From a virus, in the IMG/VR virus record IMGVR_UViG_3300009159_000056, positions 1 through 64,000 of that record: a stretch of DNA of 64,000 bases; one strand, 5' to 3'. Positions 25,136 through 33,038 of the stretch are shown here, one piece after another (position 1 is the first letter of the stretch; the number at the start of each line of letters is the position of its first letter). A program made the translations under genes and the position numbers. The notes beneath the pieces were generated by a model. The model did not search any database. It had not been told where the DNA came from and worked only from the letters and a program-made list of their open reading frames with translations.

Positions 25136-26011
25136 TTAAACTATACCTGTCTGTTCATCAAATACGCCAGCAATAAGATAACTACCAGTTGAGTACTGTT
25201 GTCTTTTTATAGAAAATGAAGGTATAACAGAGTTAGTAGTCGTTGAAGAGCCATTATTTGTTATTGAAAAGCCAACGCCTCCGGCTGTTCCGTTATCTAT
25301 AATTGTTGAATTTTGACAAGTAAGAAGAACAGTATTTGTAATATTCGATAACGGTCCTAATGGACTAAATGCTGAAGTATATACTGCTGTGCCCTTTACA
25401 ATTCTAAAATTACTAAAATATCCAGCTTGGGCGTAGTTAAATCCAGTTTGTGGATTGTTTATAGCAAACGTTTGATTAAGAAAAGTAGCGCTGTTTGTTA
25501 CAGTACCTACGCTAGCTCCATTCAAATACATAGTTATAGTAGTTCCGCTTCTAACTACTGCTAAATGATGCCATGAATTTAATGTAAGACCACTGCTACC
25601 ATTTATTGCTATAGATCCAGCGGTTATTGAAAATTGAGGAACTCCTGATGTTGATAAAAATAAACAGGGTGTATTAGAAACAACACCACCATTAGTTCTG
25701 TAATCCCATATACAACTCGTAAGAGCATTCCATGCTGTTGGATATACCCAAGTTTCAATTGTAAAATTACCAGCACCAAGAGCTAAAGTGGTAGAAGTAC
25801 CAGCAGACAAATATTTACCAAGACTACTACTAAACAAAACAGAATATGAATTATTTGGTATCGTAACCTCATCATATATACCAGCTATGGTATGAGTACC
25901 GTCGCTATCTTGTTGAGTTGTTTTTCCTGTTAATCCTGTAACCTCATCAAATACACCAGTATTTTGTATTGAAAAATTACCAGACGAATTTAATCTAGAA
26001 ACTAGAGCCAT
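25136..26011 (-). CDS. LamG/ConA-like lectin domain adhesin
   Basis: NFTIETWVYP, WHHLAVVRSGTTITMYLNG, GYFSNFRIVKGTAVYT. Confidence 0.8.
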   Translation of the reverse strand: MALVSRLNSSGNFSIQNTGVFDEVTGLTGKTTQQDSDGTHTIAGIYDEVTIPNNSYSVLFSSSLGKYLSAGTSTTLALGAGNFTIETWVYPTAWNALTSCIWDYRTNGGVVSNTPCLFLSTSGVPQFSITAGSIAINGSSGLTLNSWHHLAVVRSGTTITMYLNGASVGTVTNSATFLNQTFAINNPQTGFNYAQAGYFSNFRIVKGTAVYTSAFSPLGPLSNITNTVLLTCQNSTIIDNGTAGGVGFSITNNGSSTTTNSVIPSFSIKRQQYSTGSYLIAGVFDEQTGIV

Positions 26012-27072
26012 TATCCAAATACCGTATCAAGAGTCCCAAGAGTTTCATTATAATACATATACACTACGCTTATATTCGTTGAGTTAGCAAAGCCGACACG
26101 TCCATCGGTATATATGTTGTCGCTTACGCCCAAACCGCCAGTAATTTTAACTGCACCAGAAGTATTATTACCTGATGTTGTTGTGTTCGAAAATGTATGA
26201 ACGTTAGTCCAAGTAAATGTGTTAGAAACAGAAACTGTTGCAGTAGCGGTGCCAGTGTATGATGTAGAATTAATTGTTGCAAATACTGTACTATTACCAA
26301 TAAGAATAGTTGTGACATTGGCGCTTACAGAATTACCAGCAGCTCCAGGAACAGAGCCTACCGTATACATAGTACCGAATACGTTGTTGGTACCAGTAAA
26401 GTTTAAGTTGCCTGATAAAATTCTTGATTCTGTGTTTTGAACGTAGCTAGCAGCTGCAACAGCTCCTAATCTACTCGAATCATATGCTACGTTACCAGAG
26501 CCAGAAATAGAAGTTAGACCACCACCGCCAGTTACAGTAGACCAGTAAATATTAGAACTACCATTAGATGTTAATACTTGACCTGCAGTACCTTGGGAAC
26601 CAGTCGAATCAAGGATAGTAACACCAGTAGGAATATTTAACCCACCGCCGTGACTAGTTCTAACAGCAAAATTGAGATTACTTGTTATACTGTTAGCGTA
26701 TATTGAAAATACAGGTCTGGGACCATAAGCTGTATTTGTTGTATAAAATACAAAGTTATCATCGTTTTGATTAATAAAAAAAGAATAAGCAGTTGTATTA
26801 ATCGTTTGAAAACGTAAAGCTTTATCATTATTGTGTGTGACTGTATTTGCAAATGTTTGTGTATTCGTCCACGTATACTGAGCATCCTGGTTTACGCCAC
26901 CAGTACTAGTAAGTGTAATTAAAGCTGAGCCATTTGATGAATAAAGAATACCGTCGGCCATATTCAGCGCTAGTTCGCCAGCTGCTATATATGTGCTATT
27001 ACTTGTACTGGTTACGTTTGGAGTGCGAGCACTTACAGAAGTTCTCTTTACTTGAAATACATTATTAGCCAT
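26011..27072 (-). CDS. Tail-fibre-like protein with N-terminal QVKR...GELALN docking domain
   Basis: MANNVFQVKRTS...GELALNMADGILY; GAVKITGGLGV fibre motif. Confidence 0.65.
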   Translation of the reverse strand: MANNVFQVKRTSVSARTPNVTSTSNSTYIAAGELALNMADGILYSSNGSALITLTSTGGVNQDAQYTWTNTQTFANTVTHNNDKALRFQTINTTAYSFFINQNDDNFVFYTTNTAYGPRPVFSIYANSITSNLNFAVRTSHGGGLNIPTGVTILDSTGSQGTAGQVLTSNGSSNIYWSTVTGGGGLTSISGSGNVAYDSSRLGAVAAASYVQNTESRILSGNLNFTGTNNVFGTMYTVGSVPGAAGNSVSANVTTILIGNSTVFATINSTSYTGTATATVSVSNTFTWTNVHTFSNTTTSGNNTSGAVKITGGLGVSDNIYTDGRVGFANSTNISVVYMYYNETLGTLDTVFG

Positions 27073-27103
27073 ATGGCTCCCTCATAAACGGTATATACCG
27101 AGG

Positions 27104-27298
27104 TTAGAATACTTCTACTTCTTTTTTTGGAGCTTTCTTATCTAAGGAAGCTTTCATTTTTTGATTTTCTATTTGAAGACTAGCGATTAACTTTTCAGCA
27201 ATCGCTAGCCTTGTTTGCATCATTATTTCAGAACGAGTCAGTTCTTCAATTTTTTTACTCATCATTTCAATATAAACATTGACAAATTCTTCATTCAT
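27104..27298 (-). CDS. Small coiled-coil protein (possible fibre assembly chaperone)
   Basis: 64 aa heptad-like, charged; sits between two fibre genes. Confidence 0.55.
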   Translation of the reverse strand: MNEEFVNVYIEMMSKKIEELTRSEIMMQTRLAIAEKLIASLQIENQKMKASLDKKAPKKEVEVF

Positions 27299-27325
27299 AG
27301 GTATAATAATCCTGTAACGAATATA

Positions 27326-29134
27326 TTAGAACGTACCACCATCAAGTGTACCATATGCAGGTAGGTTATTAGTAATCTGCAGTACTTGACCATTTGCTAC
27401 AGATGCAGGGACAGCCAGCTTACTTAGAGCGGTAGTAGTTGAAGCATAAAGTATATCACCAACCGTATACCCAGTTTGGCCAGTGCCACCATAAGTAGCA
27501 GCAAGAGCAGTAGATAAGCTTAAAGTATTAGCAACAAGAGCAACTGATACAGTAGAGTTTGCAGTAATATTTGTTACAGTAGAATTTGCAATTAATGCAC
27601 TACTGTTTAAGTATGAATTAAGCGTACCTTTATTATAACCACCTGCAGTATCATCAACCACACCTGTTGGTTCTGTAGTTGATGAAAACAGAGTAAATAT
27701 AGGATTAGTTAAGCTGGCACCCACGGCATCATGTTTTCTGACCATACCAGAATAGTATACAGTGCTACTATTACCAGAAACGCCATAAAAACCAATATCA
27801 GTAGTATCTGCAGTGCTATTACCGTTAGCTAATCTAATGTTAGCATCTTTAACAATTAAAGTAGTAGTATCGATACTTGTTAGAGTACCGCTGACAGTCA
27901 AGTTACCAGCAACTACAACGTCTCTAACATTTAATTGACCAGAGTTAATTTGAACATTTGCCGCTGATATGGTTACATTCGAATTCATAGTAATAGTAGC
28001 GCCATCAGCAGCTGTAATAGTATTAGCTTTAACTGTATTAGCAATTATACTATTAGAGCCACCAAAAGTAAGGGTATTTGAACTGTCTACGCTTATTGAA
28101 GAGTTACCGATAAAGATAGTATTACCAGAAACGTAAAGAGAAGCCCATTTTAAGCTGGAATTACCTAGAGTATAGGTAGCATCAGCAGCTGGTATAAAGT
28201 TAGATATAATTTTTCCAGCAAATACAGCGTTACTGTTAAATACAGTATTCGTGCCACCGAATGTAGAATTACCTGTATAAGAACCATTTCTGGAAAGCGT
28301 ATCAGCCATTGCATTAGAATAAGCATTTGCAGCTTTATCGCTAGCATATGTATTGAGATCTCCAGCAGTATTACCGCCGACAGCTGAAGCATTAGATGCA
28401 AGCCCGCTGAAAGATGTAGAATTGATGGTAGAATTAACTGTACTATTACCGATACTTAAAGTGCCGAAATTTTGATCTGAGATAAAAGTAAGTCTACTAT
28501 TAGATCCCATAGTTCCAGAATTATTAAACTGGATATATGTGTTAGACCCACTAACAGAAGAGCTAGCAGGAGCCGCCGCCCAATAAGCTACAGAACCATT
28601 AGAATACAGTACATCACCTGCAGTACCAACAGTAGTATTAGCTTTCAAAGCGCCAGTAATAGTTAGCGAACCAGCGCTAACGTTATTTTGTACTGATAAA
28701 GTATTTGACGATTTATCGAAAGTAAAGGCTGAATTGCCTTGTAGTGCTCCGGAATCGTTGAACTGAACTTGTGTATTAGAGCCACCAATTGTAAGACCTG
28801 CAGTTATATCTGTCCAGTAAACGTTATTAACACCACCGCCAGAAACAAGCGCCTGACCTACCGAACCAAAACCGCCATTAGCATATACTTTTTCCAGCGT
28901 TGCATTCGATACTTTAATAGCATCTAACCAGCTAGTATTATTGGCGACAAGAGCTTGATTAGCTGTTAATGTTCCAGGGGATTGCTGACCAGCAATTCTT
29001 ATATTACTAGAACCATCAGGAGCGCCGATCCAAAGTGTATTGCTGTTACCACTGAATGCGAATTCGCCGTTTGATAATGCAGGTATTACTGCATTCGTAG
29101 CAGAGCGTTTAATTTGAATTTTGTTGTCAGCCAT
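27326..29134 (-). CDS. Tail-fibre-like protein
   Basis: IQIKRS...GEFAF N-term; GSNTQVQFNDSG repeats; GNLTVSGT...VKDANI; ends LDGGTF. Confidence 0.7.
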   Translation of the reverse strand: MADNKIQIKRSATNAVIPALSNGEFAFSGNSNTLWIGAPDGSSNIRIAGQQSPGTLTANQALVANNTSWLDAIKVSNATLEKVYANGGFGSVGQALVSGGGVNNVYWTDITAGLTIGGSNTQVQFNDSGALQGNSAFTFDKSSNTLSVQNNVSAGSLTITGALKANTTVGTAGDVLYSNGSVAYWAAAPASSSVSGSNTYIQFNNSGTMGSNSRLTFISDQNFGTLSIGNSTVNSTINSTSFSGLASNASAVGGNTAGDLNTYASDKAANAYSNAMADTLSRNGSYTGNSTFGGTNTVFNSNAVFAGKIISNFIPAADATYTLGNSSLKWASLYVSGNTIFIGNSSISVDSSNTLTFGGSNSIIANTVKANTITAADGATITMNSNVTISAANVQINSGQLNVRDVVVAGNLTVSGTLTSIDTTTLIVKDANIRLANGNSTADTTDIGFYGVSGNSSTVYYSGMVRKHDAVGASLTNPIFTLFSSTTEPTGVVDDTAGGYNKGTLNSYLNSSALIANSTVTNITANSTVSVALVANTLSLSTALAATYGGTGQTGYTVGDILYASTTTALSKLAVPASVANGQVLQITNNLPAYGTLDGGTF

Positions 29135-29164
29135 TATCTTTCTCCTTTATTAATTAATCATAAT

Positions 29165-29434
29165 TTAGAAAGATCCGCCATCTATCGATGAAACGATCAC
29201 AGTAATTTGTTTTACTTCATATTTATCTGTTGTGGCGTTGTACACTAATGTATCTCCATCAGCAGGATTACCTTCAACAACGTCTAACAAATTGTGGATA
29301 TAATTTTGATTTACAGAAGCTAAATTATTTTTAAGTGTAACTGGAGAACCAGATACGCCTGAAAATGGAGTTTTAATATCGGCAGTTATAGAATTGATAG
29401 CTGGATTTTTGACAACAGCTTTAATAGTCGTCAT
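29165..29434 (-). CDS. Small fibre-associated structural protein
   Basis: LLDVV...DGDTLVYNATTDKY; ends IDGGSF. Confidence 0.6.
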   Translation of the reverse strand: MTTIKAVVKNPAINSITADIKTPFSGVSGSPVTLKNNLASVNQNYIHNLLDVVEGNPADGDTLVYNATTDKYEVKQITVIVSSIDGGSF

Positions 29435-29757
29435 TATACAGAAACCCTCGGTGTAACAGTAACGATACCTTCAATAATTCGATTTACATTATTTAGTGAA
29501 TCTGTTAAAAGGACATCATAAACATATCTGCCAGCAGTTAATGAAGAAGAATTGCTAGAATTCATAGATAACAAAACTATACCTTCACTTAAAGTAACTA
29601 CGAAACTTTTATATGTTGATGATGTGTAACTCTTACGCATTTGAGCTAAACCAGTATAACCACTAAGGTCTAATGGATTATTTTCTTCATCCGTCAATAC
29701 GATTTCAGTATTAAACGTAGTTCCCTGATCTATAGTTATGTTAGCTTTTGTTGCCAT
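29434..29757 (-). CDS. Conserved Ig-like virion adaptor protein
   Basis: ANITIDQGTTF...LDLSGYTGLAQMRK...AGRYVYDVLL...RIIEGIVTVTP, a pattern typical of T4-like fibre-attachment proteins. Confidence 0.65.
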   Translation of the reverse strand: MATKANITIDQGTTFNTEIVLTDEENNPLDLSGYTGLAQMRKSYTSSTYKSFVVTLSEGIVLLSMNSSNSSSLTAGRYVYDVLLTDSLNNVNRIIEGIVTVTPRVSV

Positions 29758-29758
29758 G

Positions 29759-32700
29759 TTACACTACCAAGCTCGTTCCAGTTAATGCGACCGTAACGTC
29801 GCCTCTTAGATAATGGGTTTCGCCAGCGCCAGTTCTCGCTTCTGTTAAGTCGATATTCGCACCACCAGAAGTTAATGATAACGCTAAAGCAGTTGAATTA
29901 ACGAAGCTAATGAAGTACGCTGAATTTCCAGTAAGACCACCTACAGCCGAATTACCTGTTGGAACAGTATAGTATATTCTATCATTAAGAGCAAAATATG
30001 TACTTGCTAAACCAAGAGAAATACTGTTTGCAGCACTACTAACACCAGTAGAGTTAGCAGTTATACTATATGGACTAGCGGGCGTCATACGTAGTCTTAC
30101 GTTACCAGCATTAATATCAGTGCTGAATGTACCTAACGAATTCGCAGTAGCTAGTTGAGCATATTCAGTAACTAAAGCATTAATTCCGTCATGAAGAACT
30201 AATAATTTACTTGATTGATAATATTGCCCGCTGGTCATCTGCAAGATATATTCAGCTGATCTGTATGTACCAGCAGCGAAAGCATCTGCTGTGTGCACTA
30301 AAGTAGTATTGGCTTGAACAAGATATTTCGTAGAATATAGTTGAGAAACACTATTAATAGTAACGTTTGACACAGCTATATTAGCAGAAAAAGTAGCATT
30401 ACTGTTAAAAGTAGCGTTACCGGAGAAAGTAGAGTTAGCAGTAAATATATTATTGGCTGCTGTAGTATTAGAAGTAAACGAAGCTAGACCAGTAATATAA
30501 ACATTACCAGAGAAAGTAGAGTTAGCTGCTACACCAAGAGTATTACTTACAGTAATGTTATTAGCTAAAATACTATTTGATGACAATTCCCAACGTAGTG
30601 TACTATTACCAAGTAGAACAGCGTTAGTTGATGGCATAGTATTACCAAACGAAACAGAATTTGTTACTGTAACAGGATTAGCGAAATTAGCGCCCATTGC
30701 CCACAAAGTAAATCTTTTAGTTGTACTACCAAGATTAATAGAATTAGCGGATGGTATAATGTCGCCAGTAGCACTACTACCTGATGAAGTAGTTCCAACA
30801 ACGTTGAAGTTACCTTGAACTGTCAAATCGCCAGCGATGACAGAATTGGTAAAAGCTCCGGAAACTACCAAGTTGCCAGTAATTGAAGTATTTCCAGTTA
30901 CTGTTAAGTTGCCTGCTACTGATGAGTTACCCCCAACACTAACGTTACCAGTTGTAGTAATGTTATTTGTTGATATAGTAGCTACAGAAGTACTGTTACC
31001 TACAGTAAGTGTGCTTAGAGTACCAACAGTAGTAATACCGGTATAAGAGCCAGACATTCTAGCTGATGGTAAAGTTCCAGTAGTAAGACCAGCTGCATCT
31101 CTACCTGCATTTGTTATGGCGTTCGAGTATGCGGCGTCAGCGTATGCTTTCAAATCGGCAGCAGTATTACCACCAAGATATACAGCGCTGTTTGCAGCAA
31201 CTAATGGTTGAGATGCAGTAGTTATAAGACCTGCAATATTAGTTACACTTAGAGTAGATGTGTTAACAAAAGCAAAGGTAGAAGTAGAATTGCTAAGACT
31301 TATGTAAGAAGAGTTAACGAAAGCAAAATTAGTGCTGTTGCCAGTTCTGAAAGAAGAAGTATTCGCAGTAGTATTAATCGTAGAATTGCCAACGTTAAAC
31401 CCGATAGCACTATTAGTTGTAATACTGATATTACTGTTTACTACGCTAACGTCGCCGCTGATCGTTACGAGGTTACTAAAGGTAGCGTTACCTGTTACTG
31501 CAATAGTATTTGATATTACGACGTTGCCTGTTACAGTCATTTGGTTGCTGAAAGCAGCATTGCCAGTTACTGCAATAGTATTGCTAAAAGTAGCATTGCC
31601 TGTAACGGCTATTAAGTTACTGAAGGTAGCATTACCTGTTACTGCAATAGAGTTGCTAAAAGTTGCATTACCTGTGGCTGCTATCGAATTACTAAAGGTA
31701 GCATTGCCGGTAACGGATATAGTATTTGATAGGGTAGCATTTCCAGTAACAGCGATTGAGTTACTGAATACGGCGTTACCTGTAGTAGCAATAGAGTTAC
31801 TGAATACGGCGTTACCGGTAACAGCTATCGTATTACTGAAAGTAGCATTGCCAGTAATAGCTATACTATTTGAACCTGTGATAGAACTATTAACGGTAAG
31901 CGTACCATCAACGATACCGCCAGGCATTCTTAGATTGCCACCACTATCAGTAAGTGTTACTGTACCAAGATAAATTGTAGAACCTGAAACGTATAATGAA
32001 GCCCAGCGATTGGAAGAGTTACCGAGGTTGTAAAGGTTATTTGTTTTTGGAATAAGGTTAGAGTCAACCGTTACTACACTGATACTGTTTGCAATAGTAG
32101 TAACGCCACCGATTCTAACGTTAGCAGAAACGTTAGCTGTACCAGTAACAGTAAGTCTAGCATCAGGCGCTGTATTGTTAATACCAACATTACCGCCAGA
32201 AGTAATTTTTACTCTTTGATTTTCAATAAATGTACCATTAGTGAAGAAACTGATATAGTTTTCTTCGGCGGTTCCGATAGAAAGGTCGCCACCAGAAGCA
32301 TATAGATATGAGTCACTAGGACCGTTGATAGTCCAATCATCATTCGCCCAATTGGTACTGTTAATACCCATGTCTAAAAACACGCCTTGATCGTGCATAT
32401 CGTTATACACTACAAAGTCAGCAGAAGCATTAGGACCAGTATTATCGTTAGTAGTAGTTGCTTCAATAAATGAATTTACAGAAGCATTAAATGTGCCAAT
32501 CGCCTGTGTTTCTGATACGTAACCAAAAGCAGCATTAACTGAAGTATTACCGATTGTGAGATAATTGTTAACATATGTGTTTGAAACGATAACGAGGGCG
32601 CTGTTAGTAGAAATATTACCACCAGAAATTTGCGAAGCATATATTAAATTTGAACCTAGAATACCACTGATAAATGCATTACCGTAAGTAACAGCACCAC

Positions 32701-32818
32701 CAGACAATGCGCCAGTAGTTACAACATTACTTGATAATGTTTCAGCTACGTCGTTTACTCTTTGAACGAGAACGCCAAATGATTGCGAATTTGATACTTG
32801 GGAAATTTCTACAGACAT
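29759..32818 (-). CDS. Proximal tail-fibre / beta-helical structural protein
   Basis: 12-aa repeats; C-terminal YRSAEYILQ...LLVLHDG...VTEYA domain. Confidence 0.7.
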   Translation of the reverse strand: MSVEISQVSNSQSFGVLVQRVNDVAETLSSNVVTTGALSGGAVTYGNAFISGILGSNLIYASQISGGNISTNSALVIVSNTYVNNYLTIGNTSVNAAFGYVSETQAIGTFNASVNSFIEATTTNDNTGPNASADFVVYNDMHDQGVFLDMGINSTNWANDDWTINGPSDSYLYASGGDLSIGTAEENYISFFTNGTFIENQRVKITSGGNVGINNTAPDARLTVTGTANVSANVRIGGVTTIANSISVVTVDSNLIPKTNNLYNLGNSSNRWASLYVSGSTIYLGTVTLTDSGGNLRMPGGIVDGTLTVNSSITGSNSIAITGNATFSNTIAVTGNAVFSNSIATTGNAVFSNSIAVTGNATLSNTISVTGNATFSNSIAATGNATFSNSIAVTGNATFSNLIAVTGNATFSNTIAVTGNAAFSNQMTVTGNVVISNTIAVTGNATFSNLVTISGDVSVVNSNISITTNSAIGFNVGNSTINTTANTSSFRTGNSTNFAFVNSSYISLSNSTSTFAFVNTSTLSVTNIAGLITTASQPLVAANSAVYLGGNTAADLKAYADAAYSNAITNAGRDAAGLTTGTLPSARMSGSYTGITTVGTLSTLTVGNSTSVATISTNNITTTGNVSVGGNSSVAGNLTVTGNTSITGNLVVSGAFTNSVIAGDLTVQGNFNVVGTTSSGSSATGDIIPSANSINLGSTTKRFTLWAMGANFANPVTVTNSVSFGNTMPSTNAVLLGNSTLRWELSSNSILANNITVSNTLGVAANSTFSGNVYITGLASFTSNTTAANNIFTANSTFSGNATFNSNATFSANIAVSNVTINSVSQLYSTKYLVQANTTLVHTADAFAAGTYRSAEYILQMTSGQYYQSSKLLVLHDGINALVTEYAQLATANSLGTFSTDINAGNVRLRMTPASPYSITANSTGVSSAANSISLGLASTYFALNDRIYYTVPTGNSAVGGLTGNSAYFISFVNSTALALSLTSGGANIDLTEARTGAGETHYLRGDVTVALTGTSLVV
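31440..31872. repeat. In-frame tandem repeat, ~11-12 x 36 nt (SNxIAVTGNATF)
   Basis: Visible in the translation; degenerate at third codon positions. Confidence 0.9.
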
Positions 32819-32821
32819 TTA

Positions 32822-33037
32822 TTACATTTTTCCTAATAGAGTTCTTAGCATATCTTTAATTTCATTAATATCATTTTTCATGGTATCATGTTCCTTAACG
32901 ACTGTAGCCATTTTTAACTTATACTCACGTTCTAACTTATATTTATTGAGTTCGTTATTATCGCAATTTACAATACCCTTGCTACCTTTTTGACGAAGTA
33001 GATTTTTGTGATCTTGTACTCTTAAATACTCAACCAT
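32822..33037 (-). CDS. Conserved hypothetical protein following the DUF4815-like gene
   Basis: 71 aa; LLRQKGSKGIVNCD...INEIKDMLRTLL; coupled to neighbours. Confidence 0.65.
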   Translation of the reverse strand: MVEYLRVQDHKNLLRQKGSKGIVNCDNNELNKYKLEREYKLKMATVVKEHDTMKNDINEIKDMLRTLLGKM

Positions 33038-33038
33038 A

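Noticed and set aside
18283-26011. Diversity-generating retroelement or invertible shufflon acting on adhesins
   Set aside because: No reverse transcriptase or recombinase in the window, no TR/VR pair differing only at adenines was seen, and all cassettes are co-oriented with their own starts.
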